A stretch of DNA of 63,621 nucleotides, filler included, from Nemertoderma westbladi (taxonomy: Eukaryota; Animalia; Xenacoelomorpha), in NCBI GenBank assembly GCA_032718475.1. It is 3 parts of 3 records of this genome, joined end to end, with 100 filler letters (N's around TTAATTAATTAA, not from the genome) between each part and the next. Parts side by side here need not be neighbours in the genome. Positions count along the whole stretch, not along the records: positions 25,876 to 50,215 come from JAUCBJ010006564.1; positions 50,316 to 63,621 come from JAUCBJ010003751.1; 1 more part is not named here. One strand, 5' to 3'. Position 1 is the first letter of the stretch. Each line of letters opens with the position of its first letter. Below the pieces are notes generated by a model. The model made no database searches. It saw only the letters and a list, made by a program, of their open reading frames with translations, and was not told the origin of the DNA. Positions 38,764 through 51,192 of this stretch are shown one piece after another. A program made the position numbers and the translations under genes.

Positions 38764-39936
38764 ATGATGGCGGCTACGTACTTCTCACTTTACCTCACGA
38801 TATTAATATCGTTTTTGTTGTTTCACAGCGAGACCAACTGTTCAACCGCGAGGCCGGAAGTAGAGAAATACGTTGCCACAGTAACCAACTCGCCAACATT
38901 CAATAAACTCACCCGCCCTGGTGGCGAAGACCCACTAGTTGTTGGTGTCAACTTCGGATTAGACGCCCTAGGGAAGGTAGATGACTCATCGATGACATTC
39001 ACCGCAGTAGTATTCCTGCGACTGTCCTGGAACGATGAACAACTAGCTTACGACGCTAATGTTACCGACCACAGACCGAACCAGGCCATAGTTCTCGATC
39101 CCAGCTTCGTTTCTAGGATTTGGAATCCTATTTTCGTTGTTACCAACGGATTCAACTCAAATTTACATCCAAGCGAGGTCATGGTAAACCTAAAACCGAA
39201 CGGGGATGTGAACAAATCGACCCGACTCAAATTACTGGTTCACTGCGAATTTGATCTCTCTGTATTTCCCATGGATACGCAGCACTGCCCAATCGTGTTC
39301 GAGAGCTTCAGTTTCCCTAGAACTGAAGTTATTTTTGAACCGCAAAACTACAGCGGAACCTACGCAGCAGTAACTAAGCCTCTAAAACTTCCGGAACACC
39401 AAATGATAACATCAGAATCGCTGGATGTACAATCAGACACTATGGTTACCGTTTACGGAGAATATTCAAAAGTCAAGTTAATAGTGACCTTAGAACGTGT
39501 AACCAATGCCTACATAGTAACCACGTTTTTCCCTTTAAATTTAATCGTAGTAATATCTTGGATCGGTGTTTGGGTTGACCGTAAAGCCATCCCAGCCCGA
39601 GCTGCTCTAGCCATCACCACTATTCTCACACTTCTCACTCTCATCCTCAACACTTACAACCGTCTCCCTAAGGTCTCCTACATCAAGGCTCTCGACGTTG
39701 CTTTCGCTATCGGCTTGTTCATGGTCTTCGCCACTCTCATTCAGTTCGCAGCTGTTTGCCACTTCGGCAAAGCCTACGATGAAGCTGTAGCCGCTAAGAG
39801 GCACATTAAGGATTACGCCGCATCTATAGACTGGTGGTCCAAGATACTCTTTCCCGTGTTTTACATTGTCGCATCAGTTGTCTTTTTTTCAGTCTATATT
39901 CCCTTTGCGATGGAGCAAGAAGCAAATGTCGAATGA
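38764..39936 (+). CDS. Cys-loop ligand-gated ion channel subunit, GABA-A/glycine-receptor-like (anion type), intronless
   Basis: Signal peptide, TRP..RLSWNDEQL, Cys-loop CEFDLSVFPMDTQHC, M1 FFPLNLIVVISW, PAR motif with M2 ITTILTL, LPKVSYIKALD, M4 IDWWSKILFP. Confidence 0.95.
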   Translation: MMAATYFSLYLTILISFLLFHSETNCSTARPEVEKYVATVTNSPTFNKLTRPGGEDPLVVGVNFGLDALGKVDDSSMTFTAVVFLRLSWNDEQLAYDANVTDHRPNQAIVLDPSFVSRIWNPIFVVTNGFNSNLHPSEVMVNLKPNGDVNKSTRLKLLVHCEFDLSVFPMDTQHCPIVFESFSFPRTEVIFEPQNYSGTYAAVTKPLKLPEHQMITSESLDVQSDTMVTVYGEYSKVKLIVTLERVTNAYIVTTFFPLNLIVVISWIGVWVDRKAIPARAALAITTILTLLTLILNTYNRLPKVSYIKALDVAFAIGLFMVFATLIQFAAVCHFGKAYDEAVAAKRHIKDYAASIDWWSKILFPVFYIVASVVFFSVYIPFAMEQEANVE

Positions 39937-42444
39937 TAGTTACGAAACAATTACCGTGAACGATAACCATAGCCTATGTCTGGTAATAGAATTACCTGCC
40001 CGCAAAATTTTAGGCTATAATTAACTTAGAAGTACTGGTACACAGGGTTTAGGTTAGATTTATTGTAAATACTGCAGGTTGTGAACAATACGAATTAATA
40101 GAAGAATATGGAACATGATCAACTAACTAATTGTGTTACATTTAATCTTAATATTTAATGTTAATTTTTTGTTTAATGTTTAATTCCCAAACGGCTACAA
40201 CGCGTATCAATTATGATCGGATACAAATATATATTTCAGGACAAATACAACAATTTTGTTACCGGTAACTTTAAGAGTTATGAACAGAATTAACATGGCT
40301 ATTTAGATTGCTTTGCCGACTGAATTCTTTATGACAATAAACGCACTTGTTGAGAAGAGAGTTAATTAGTCAACTAATCAACTAACTATTAAACATTAGT
40401 AACTCTATAGTGTAGTTTACTTGTACTCTTGTATTATGTTGAAATACAGTACAATTAATGATAGTGATATATTCCATTTAATATTATTTGTAATTGTTGT
40501 GCAAGAAATATAGTACACCCGGGTAGTATCTTAATCAAGACTTTAGATTATAAACTTACTGAACCTCTATCTCAAATACGTGTAAAAGTCATATTATATT
40601 AGCGAAGCCTGATTCATGACCTAAATTTTTTACTTATAGAACCATATTTAATTGTGAATTATCGACGCACTGTGTATAGTTCGAATAGTATTTACATACC
40701 AGATTATATAAGAAGTGTGCAGTTTATTACTGTAGATTAAGTAGAAAATGGTAGATGGAGTAGGACCCCGCGAGAAGATCACGTTTGCAGTTGTGATCAA
40801 AAGTCTAAGCAAGACGAAATGCATGTTTATTAAGATGCCCGTTAACTGAGCACGTACTGTACGAAAACATAAACAGTACAATAATTTTAACTTTATAAAC
40901 AAGAAGTGCTTCTTCAATGATACCAATATAAGGGATGTAAGGGCTGTTTACACTATTTTACATAAGTTTAAATAAATTTAGATATTGTGCTATATTGATT
41001 TCTAATTAGTTACTGTTTTATATTATACTACGCAATGAATAATTAATTAACCCGTTAATCATTTACAAAATGGTCGTCCAATACAAATTTTATTTGTGCC
41101 ACTAATATTATTAATTTAAATATTAATTATAACCTACTGTGATATTCTCTATAAGGTACTGTGGATTTGATTTGTGTATTGTGTTTATAAATCTTTTTTA
41201 TTTGATTTATAATGTATGGGAACGACAATATACTTTACTACTACTTGTTGAAAAATGAAATAGAATAACAAAGCTTATAAAAAATATAAAGCACACTATC
41301 TGCGATAGCCCCACAGCCCGCAAGCGGCTCAATTCCGGTTATAATTTAGTTGGACGGATCCATCATGGATGTCCTCATTTCTCACGCGTGTTTGTTTGTG
41401 TAGATGAACTGGTTCAAACAGGGGACAATTGCATGAATACACAGCGACAAACCGGGGACGATCTACAATCCGGGGACGTCGCCGGAATGAAAAGATATCA
41501 AAAATGGAATCTACGTACTAAAATTAATGGATTCTGAAAAATTCAGATCATTTCGGCGATGTCCCCTGTTCCACCCAAACCTGTCAAATACGTGTGTAAA
41601 TTTGTGTTTGAGTTTTGAAAATTTCACCGACCCCAGTATAATGCGATAGTTTCAAGTGTCCCCTTTTCCATACAGTTAATATAACATTCCAAACACACGT
41701 TGTAGTATGGGTGCAGTTGTTCAATGTGGGGACTGGAATCTACAATGTAATTAATATTTTGTGATCTAATTTAACATTTTGACCAAACGCAGCAGTATGT
41801 GTGGCATGGTTCAAAATGGGGACTAGGAATTCATTGTCCCCTAAAAAGTCGAGAATAATTTTAAGTAAGTAGAATATATATGTCGAATGTGCCAATTTGG
41901 GAATCAAATACTTTAGTAATCGTGTTTTAAAGCAGAATGGCGCCCCCCACTCCCCTCTATCTATTATTTCAACAAACAATAAGAAATCAAATCGAATCGA
42001 ATATATAATTTTATGACAAATTTTCCTGATAAACAACTTCATATACATTTGCAATATACATTTGAAAGTGGTTCATGAAGGACATTCATTAAGAACGTTA
42101 CGTTTCGTTTTCTTGCTATAAGTTGAATAAGCTGATTCTGACTCAAATTAAGATTCAGAGTTACTTGGAAATACATAATCCATATCATCTTTACCAGAAA
42201 CATTTTCCGAATCAGTATCAGAATTGCAATTGTTTTTATTTCTTGAGAATCATCACAGACCATGTCACAGTTACTCACTGCCGGATTGCTGACATGTTGC
42301 TCACTGATGAAATTTGTAAGTTCAGCATAGTTGCTGCACCATGTAAACTCCTTAACAATATCAAGAACATAGATGGTAGTTAAATCTGATGTATCAAATA
42401 AGTCATGCCATGAACGCATGGTTTGCATAACAACAACAGACGCA

Positions 42445-43726
42445 GTTAACCCTGCCCCACAAACCCCATCCTCCTCCGACAACCCTGCCCCACTCACTCC
42501 TTTAAACTCCAATGACCCTGCCCCATCCATTCCTTTAAACTCCAATGAACCTGCCCCATCCACTCATTTAAACTCCGACAACCCTGCCCCACCTACTCCT
42601 TCAAACTCCATTGACACTGCCCCATCCATTCCTTTAGACTCAGACAACCCTGCCCCACCAACTCCTTTAAACTTCAATGACCCTGCCCCATCCATTCCTT
42701 TAAACTCCGACAACCCTGCTCGACTCACTCCTTTAAACACCGACAACCCTGCCCCACTCACTCCTTTAAACTCCGACAACCATGCCCCACCCACTCCTTT
42801 AAACTCCGACGACCCTGCCCCATCCATTCCTGTAAACTCCGACGACCCTGCCCCATCCATTCCTTTAAACTCCAATGACCCTGCCGCACCCACTCCTTTA
42901 AACTCCAATGACCCTGCCCCATCCAATCCTTTAAATTCCGACAACCCTGACCCATCCACCCCTTTAAACTCCGACAACCCTGCCCCACCCACTCCTTTAA
43001 ACTCCAATGACCCCGCTCCATCCACTCCTTTAAACTCCGACAACCCTGCCCTACTCACTCCTTTAAACTCCGACCACCCTGCCCAACCCACTCCTTCAAC
43101 CTCCGACAACCCTGCCCCACCCACTCCTTCAACCTCCGACAACCCTGCCCCACCCACTCCTTCAACCTCCGACAACCCTGCCCCACCCACTCCTTCAACC
43201 TCCGACAACCCTGCCCCACCCACTCCTTCAACCTCCGACAACCCTGCCCAACCCACTCCTTCAACCTCCGACAACCCTGCCCGACCCACTCCTTCAACCT
43301 CCGACAACCCTGCCCCACCCACTCCTTCAACCTCCGACAACCCTGCCCCACCCACTCCTTCAACCTCCGACAACCCTGCCCCACCCACTCCTTCAACCTC
43401 CGACAACCCTGCCCCACCCACTCCTTCAACCTCCGACAACCCTGCCCAACCCACTCCTTCAACCTCCGACAACCCTGCCCAACCCACTCCTTCAACCTCC
43501 GACAACCCTGCCCAACCCACTCCTTCAACCTCCGACAACCCTGCCCCACCCACTCCTTCAACCTCCGACAACCCTGCCCAACCCACTCCTTCAACCTCCG
43601 ACAACCCTGCCCAACCCACTCCTTCAACCTCCGACAACCCTGCCCAACCCACTCCTTCAACCTCCGACAACCCTGCCCCACCCACTCCTTCAACCTCCGA
43701 CAACCCTGCCCCACCCACTCCTTTAA
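42445..43726 (+). repeat. 33-bp minisatellite, about 39 units (may or may not be coding)
   Basis: Unit ccactccttcaacctccgacaaccctgccccac; the 5' half is divergent and the 3' half homogeneous. Confidence 0.93.
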
Positions 43727-45050
43727 AGTTTAAAATGTTTAACCCTTTGCTCTTACGAAACTGATAATGGTGACTGGTACACAAGTTTAACCCTTTGCTC
43801 TTACGCAACTAGTGACAGTGACCGGTACACATGTTTAACACTTTACGTATCAAAGATAAATTACATTAATTTTTCCTCCCAAGGACCAAGAAAAATATAT
43901 TTGATCGGACCAAAAGGTTTATTTTTTATCCTTTCAGCGATTTTTATATAAAGAAGATAACCATAATATTAATACTTATCCTACCGCCAAAGGCGGCACA
44001 CTGCCGCCTTTAATTATTTCCAGAAGCCATTTATTGAGTCCCCCGTATAGTGCGTACTGCAGTAAGACTAGTCTAATGTACTTGAATATTAAAAATTGCT
44101 AATATTTTCTAAACTACTTCAATAAGCTGACAGGCTGATATGTGATAGGGCTGAGTGCATCAATCATAAGGGCCTGCCAGTTGCACATACAGTATATATC
44201 AGACTGTTATGTAGCATGTACTGGTGATCTACCAAGTTTACAAAATTGCAAACAGCATTTTATCAATGTTCATCTCCATTAATTTAATTAATTATAGTGT
44301 CAAAAGACGCGCAAGACTCTCCGCTTTCAATTGATATAAGCCACGTGTAAAATTATTGAGATTAAATTTATAAAAAAAAAATTATTTATAAATTTATTAA
44401 AATTATCAGATCACTTTGTAGTGACTTCTAATCTGTAGCAGCCGATCACTTTTTTCGCAACATTCGCTGATGGGTGTCAACTCCCATTGTCTCTTTATCA
44501 GTCATATTGACAAAACAAAACCGATGTCCATCACACCAAATCTTAACTGTATTAAAAACTTCAACTCCACCGCATTTCATTCCCAGAATCCAATAGAATT
44601 TTATCGCTCGACCTAAGCTGAAGAACACACCTAGAGTTTTTAATGAATTTTGATGTAGCCAACTGTCTACTAATTAACATCGCAAATATTGGCTTGCTGT
44701 AACTTTAACTCATTGTTATTCGAGGCATGAACCCGATAGCAGAAAACTCATCAGATATGGACTGACTAAAAGCTGCACTCAGTGAGATGAGAGATCATTA
44801 CATCAAATAAATTGCCTATTTGACTCCTATCTGTTATTCATGGAAAAGCTGTCGAGAAAACCCTGCATGTATTAAAGTACTGGCTGTTTTTGAATAAAAA
44901 ATAAACAAATACTTGGAAGTGAACAAGCAAAGCAAACAAACATTTCTATCAATGTGAAGAATGAAGGTTGAACTGAAAAAATTTATCTAGAAGGGATCTC
45001 TTAATACATCGTTTTACACATTTCATTCTTCACTTCAACCAATCAAGGGT

Positions 45051-45134
45051 AGTAGTAGGGTCTTGGGCGCCAATGACACCCAATGGGTGTCAGTTAGGTC
45101 TAACTGTCGCAAAGCCGCCCAAGACCCTACTACT
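45051..45134. mobile_element. 84-bp micro-MITE/hairpin with perfect 19-bp TIRs and 6-bp direct repeat
   Basis: agtagtagggtcttgggcg / cgcccaagaccctactact, flanked by aagggt on both sides. Confidence 0.7.
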
Positions 45135-45462
45135 AAGGGTATTTGTATTGCTTCGTTAATTGGTTGATTTTATATACAGTAGTACCAACTGTAGACTTTA
45201 CACACTTAAGAATGAAAACTATTTTCAAATTTCCAATACAAAATTAGTGCCAAGAGTATTCCCTATTCATAAACAAATAAATTTGACTTCAATTTATAAA
45301 CAGTTATTACTACCCGGGATTTCTCCAGAAAATTAGTATCTCCAAAAGTCCAAAAAGCTTCACCAAAAACTTTTTGTCAAACCTTTGTTTCATTTAATTC
45401 AAGCCTTTTATTACCAATCATTACTATCGAACCTTTTTAAGACATTGTTCATCCATGCAAGC

Positions 45463-48400
45463 TGTTTGTTTTCCCTTCGGTACATGATGCACCCCCACAA
45501 GGTGTTGTTTTCTCTTCGGTGCATGATGCACCCCCACAAGGTGTTGTTTTCCCTTCGATACATGATGCACCCCGACAAGGTGTTGTTTTCCCTTCGGTAC
45601 ATGATGCACCCCCACAAGGTGTTGTTTTCTCTTCGGTGCATGATGCACCCCCACAAGGTGTTGTTTTCCCTTCGGTACATGATGCACCCCGACAAGGTGT
45701 TGTTTTCCCTTCGGTACATGATGCACCCCACAAGGTGTTGTTTTCTCTTCGGTGCATGATGCACCCCCACAAGGTGTTGTTTTCCCTTCGGTACATGATG
45801 CACCCCGACAAGGTGTTGTTTTCCCTTCGGTACATGATGCACCCCCACAAGGTGTTGTTTTCTCTTCGGTGCATGATGCACCCCCACAAGGTGTTGTTTT
45901 CCCTTCGGTGCATGATGCACCCCCACAAGGTGTTGTTTTCCCTTCGGTACATGATGCACCCCCACAAGCTGTTGTTTTCTCTTCGGTGCATGATGCACCC
46001 CCACAAGGTGTTGTTTTCCCTTCGGTGCATGATGCACCCCCACAAGGTGTTGTTTTCCCTTCGGTACATGATGCACCCCGACAAGGTGTTGTTTTCCCTT
46101 CGGTACATGATGCACCCCCACAAGGTATTGTTTTCTCTTCGGTGCATGATGCACCCCCACAAGGTGTTGTTTTCCCTTCGGTGCATGATGCACCCCCACA
46201 AGGTGTTGTTTTCTCTTCGGTACATGATGCACCCCCACAAGGTGTTGTTTTCTCTTCGGTGCATGATGCACCCCGACAAGGTGTTGTTTTCTCTTCGGTG
46301 CATGATGCACCCCCACAAGGTGTTGTTTTCCCTTCGGTACATGATGCACCCCCACAAGGTGTTGTTTTCCCTTCGGTACATTATGCACCCCGACAAGGTG
46401 TTGTTTTCCCTTCGGTGCATGATGCACCCCCACAAGTTGTTGTTTTCTCTTCGGTGCATGATGCACCCCCACAAGGTGTTGTTTTCCCTTCGGTGCATGA
46501 TGCAGCCCCACAAGATGTTGTTTTCCCTTCGGTACATGATGCACCCCGACAAGGTGTTGTTTTCCCTTCGGTACATGATGCACCCTGACAAGGTGTTGTT
46601 TTCCCTTCGGTGCATGATGCACCCCCACAAGGTGTTGTTTTTCCCTTCGGTGCATGATGCACCCCCACAAGGTGTTGTTTTCCCTTCGGTACATGATGCA
46701 CCCCCATAAGGTGTTGTTTTCTCTTCGGTGCATGATGCAACCCGACAAGGTGTTGTTTTCCCTTCGGTACATGATGCACCCCGACAAGGTGTTATTTTCC
46801 CTTCGGTACATGATGCACCCCCACAAGGTGTTGTTTTCTCTTCGGTGCATGATGCACCCCCACAAGGTGTTGTTTTCCCTTCGGCACATGATGCACCCCG
46901 ACAAGCTGTTGTTTTCCCTTCGGTGAATGATGCACCCCCACAAGGTGTTGTTTTCCCTTCGGTACATGATGCACCCCCACAAGGTGTTGTTTTCCCTTCG
47001 GTACATGATGCACCCCGACAAGGTGTTGTTTTCCCTTCGGTACATGATGCACCCCGACAAGGTGTTGTTTTCTCTTCGGTGCATGATGCACCCCCACAAG
47101 GTGTTGTTTTCCCTTCGGTGCATGATGCATCCCCACAAGGTGTTGTTTTCCCTTCGGTACATGATGCACCCCGACAAGGTGTTGTTTTCCCTTCGGTACA
47201 TGATGCACCCCCACAAGGTGTTGTTTTCTCTTCGGTGCATGATGCACCCCCACAAGGTGTTGTTTTCCCTTCGGTGCATGATGCACCCCCACAAGGTGTT
47301 GTTTTCCCTTCGGTACATGATGCACCCCCACAAGGTGTTGTTTTCTCTTCGGTGCATGATGCACCCCCACAAGGTGTTGTTTTCTCTTCGGTGCATGATG
47401 CACCCCCACAAGGTGTTGTTTTCCCTTCGGCACATGATGCACCCCGACAAGCTGTTGTTTTCCCTTCGGTGAATGATGCACCCCCACAAGGTGTTGTTTT
47501 CCCTTCGGTACATGATGCACCCCCACAAGGTGTTGTTTTCCCTTCGGTACATGATGCACCCCGACAAGGTGTTGTTTTCCCTTCGGTACATGATGCACCC
47601 CGACAAGGTGTTGTTTTCTCTTCGGTGCATGATGCACCCCCACAAGGTGTTGTTTTCCCTTCGGTGCATGATGCATCCCCACAAGGTGTTGTTTTCCCTT
47701 CGGTACATCATGCACCCCCACAAGGTGTTGTTTTCTCTTCGGTGCATGATGCACCCCCACAAGGTGTTGTTTTCCCTTCGGTGCATGATGCACCCCCACA
47801 AGGTGTTGTTTTCCCTTCGGTACATGATGCACCCCGACAAGGTGTTGTTTTCCCTTCGGTACATGATGCACCCCCACAAGGTGTTGTTTTCTCTTCGGTG
47901 CATGATGCACCCCCACAAGGTGTTGTTTTCCCTTCGGTACATGATGCACCCCCACAAGGTGTTGTTTTCTCTTCGGTGCATGATGCTCCCCGACAAGGTT
48001 TTGTTTTCCCTTCGGTACATGATGCACCCCGACAAGGTGTTGTTTTTCCCTTCGGTACATGATGCACCCCCACAAGGTGTTGTTTTCTCTAAGGTGCATG
48101 ATGCACCCCCACAAGGTGTTGTTTTCCCTTCGGTGCATGATGCACCCCCACAAGGTGTTGTTTTCCCTTTGGTACATGATGCACCCCCACAAGGTGTTGT
48201 TTTCCCTTCGGTACATGATGCACCCCACAAGGTGTTGTTTTCCCTTCGGTACATGATGCACCCCGACAAGGTGTTGTTTTCCCTTCGGTACATGATGCAC
48301 CCCCACAAGGTGTTGTTTTCTCTTCGGTGCATGATGCACCCCCACAAGGTGTTGTTTTCCCTTCGGTGCATGATGCACCCCCACAAGGTGTTGTTTTCCC

Positions 48401-49215
48401 TTCGGTACATGATGCACCCCCACAAGGTGTTGTTTTCTCTTCGGTGCATGATGCACCCCGACAAGGTGTTGTTTTCTCTTCGGTGCATGATGCACCCCCA
48501 CAAGGTGTTGTTTTCCCTTCGGTGCATGATGCACCCCCACAAGGTGTTGTTTTCCCTTCGGTACATGATGCACCCCGACAAAGTGTTGTTTTCCCTTCGG
48601 TACATCATGCACCCCCACAAGGTGTTGTTTTCTCTTCGGTGCATGATGCACCCCCACAAGGTGTTGTTTTCCCTTCGGTGCATGATGCACCCCCACAAGG
48701 TGTTGTTTTCCCTTCGGTACATGATGCACCCCGACAAGGTGTTGTTTTCCCTTCGGTACATGATGCACCCCCACAAGGTGTTGTTTTCTCTTCGGTGCAT
48801 GATGCACCCCCACAAGGTGTTGTTTTCCCTTCGGTACATGATGCACCCCCACAAGGTGTTGTTTTCTCTTCGGTGCATGATGCACCCCGACAAGGTTTTG
48901 TTTTCCCTTCGGTACATGATGCACCCCGACAAGGTGTTGTTTTTCCCTTCGGTACATGATGCACCCCCACAAGGTGTTGTTTTCTCTAAGGTGCATGATG
49001 CACCCCCACAAGGTGTTGTTTTCCCTTCGGTGCATGATGCACCCCCACAAGGTGTTGTTTTCCCTTTGGTACATGATGCACCCCCACAAGGTGTTGTTTT
49101 CCCTTCGGTACATGATGCACCCCCACAAGGTGTTGTTTTCCCTTCGGTACATGATGCACCCCCACGAGGTGTTCTTTTCCCTTCAGTTCATGATGCAACC
49201 TCGGACCCACAAGGT
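45463..49215 (+). repeat. 39-bp satellite, about 96 units
   Basis: Unit gttgttttcccttcggtacatgatgcacccccacaaggt with few variant sites. Confidence 0.97.
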
Positions 49216-49764
49216 TGTAAACCTTAATAGAAATTAATGGAATTAGACCTAAACACTACCTCCTTTTAAGGGGAAATTTGTGCTGTTATCGATATCGACA
49301 TCAGTGTCCGTCTGGTCCAGTCTGTACAATTCTCAGCTGTGTTACTGTTACTATTCATGTCACAATTAATTACTTACAGTTAGTCCTCTTGTGTCAAGTG
49401 TATAATACATGCTATCTGGTAAAGTGAAACATAAATTTAGGCCTTACGCTAACAGACATTCGGTTCTAATAGTTAAAATGGTTCCTGTAAAATATTTAAT
49501 AGTTAGGATAAAATAATAGGCCTATGTACTAAATCCATCAAAATGGTTAGAGAATCGTTTCTAGAGCCTACATGGTTTATTGTTCAATTTTCCCCCATTT
49601 TCAGCTTCTGTTTGGAAGTTTCGGAGTCTTTATTCAGTTTGAGAAGATCTTTGAAGGGACTCACCTGATGTAACAATCTCCACCTAAACCTGCTAAAGTG
49701 GTTTCTCAAGAGATTCATTTTATTATAACTTTTGTTGGGCACAGCTTTGCAAAGTCGGCAATGA

Positions 49765-49833
49765 CGTCCAGGTGGGATCGAACTGGTGACCTCCGGGTTG
49801 GAAGTCTGACGCTCTAACCATTCAGCTAGCGGC
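49765..49833 (-). mobile_element. tRNA-derived SINE head or tRNA pseudogene (TCC anticodon-like loop)
   Basis: Minus strand gccgcTAGCTGAATGGttagagcgtcagacTTCCAacccggaggtcaccaGTTCGATCCcacctgg has A and B boxes; the stems pair poorly. Confidence 0.6.
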
Positions 49834-50119
49834 TTGTATGTCCGGAATTTACCTCCTCATGGCCTCCCATCTGTCAATACCATCATGTTGCCGCTGTGCT
49901 CATCCCTACAGTACTTGCCGTCTTTACCACTCGCTACGAAAGGGTAGTGTAATTTAGGCGGGACTGTTACACCCATAGAGAAATGCGACCGGAATATTTT
50001 TACAATTTATTATTGGTGTTCTGGATGAATGAGTGGTTTCATATAACTTTTGTTGAGTTACAGTGAGTGGCAGCAGGATAGAGGTACAGTATTAACAGAT
50101 TGGAGGCCCATCTGTTAAT

Positions 50120-50215
50120 CATCTCAAGCATACCATCCTTTGAGCTTATGCTCATCCGATCAGAGACTTGCTGAGGACTTTCAAAGTTAACTGTCAAAAT
50201 TTTGGTCTTTCTGGA
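50120..50215 (-). mobile_element. RTE-like LINE fragment running into the gap
   Basis: Reverse complement of about 32980-33071. Confidence 0.85.
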
Positions 50216-50315
50216 NNNNNNNNNNNNNNNNNNNNNNNNNNNNNNNNNNNNNNNNNNNNTTAATTAATTAANNNNNNNNNNNNNNNNNNNNNNNNNNNNN
50301 NNNNNNNNNNNNNNN
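50216..50315. other. Assembly gap with TTAATTAATTAA pad
   Basis: N run with linker. Confidence 0.97.
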
Positions 50316-50365
50316 GTTGAAATAATCTAATATTGGGGCGGCTTGCTCTCATTTGTTGCATTTAA

Positions 50366-51084
50366 GGGGGGGGGTACACCATTTTGGTCCAAAATATGTC
50401 GAAATTTTTTTTATTGACTATTTTAATGGACCATTGAATGGTCTTTCCAAATCTGAAAACCGCTATTTAATAGCTCTTTTAGTTTTCAAGTTATGTAAAT
50501 TTCCATTTAGGGATTCCTATTGAAATTACTACAGTATTACTATGTATAATGAAAGGTCGATTATCTCCAAATATTTTTTTTATGAAATTGTCAACTTCAA
50601 AACCCTACTACTTCTACAATTTTTGATCAATTAGTCTGAATCTTTCTGTGGGTGTCTAGCTAGATAGCCACCCTGCATAAAAGTATCAGACAACTTTTCG
50701 AAATTTTTTCTTAATAAAATTTATTACTATTTATAAAAAACCTAAAAATTCGCATAAATTTGCAGCGCCACCTAGCGGTGCATAATTATTTTAACAAAAT
50801 TTCGCCTGATAGTATGTTGCCCCATCTTTGATCTATCATATAAAAAAACTTTCATGTGAATAGATTCAAAACTGTAAAAGACTTAGGGTTTTAAGCGCAA
50901 CCAAGTTTTCTTTATTTTTAACTAGTATTAACTAATATTAAATAGCGGAAAATTTTTTCTTCTGACCTGTCATGTAGAATAGCATCTTAGGCACCTATAT
51001 GCCAAATTTTAGCCAAAACCAAACAATTTTGAAACGCTGAGAGTGATAAAACGAAGAGTTGTCCGAAAATGGTGTACCCCCCCC
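50366..51084. mobile_element. Non-autonomous DNA transposon with TTAA TSD and GG termini (Kolobok-like)
   Basis: ttaa|gggggggggtacaccattttgg ... cgaaaatggtgtacccccccc|ttaa. Confidence 0.8.
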
Positions 51085-51192
51085 TTAAGGCATGTTACTA
51101 AAAATACACAAGATTGAGACTGTCACATGTCATTTTACATCTAATAGTATACTGTTTATTTTTATCCATAGTATTGGAGTGAAATTTCTTCA

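Noticed and set aside
45385-49237. Very long ORFs (up to 1173 aa) on both strands
   Set aside because: They are translations of a stop-poor 39-bp satellite and switch frame at indels.
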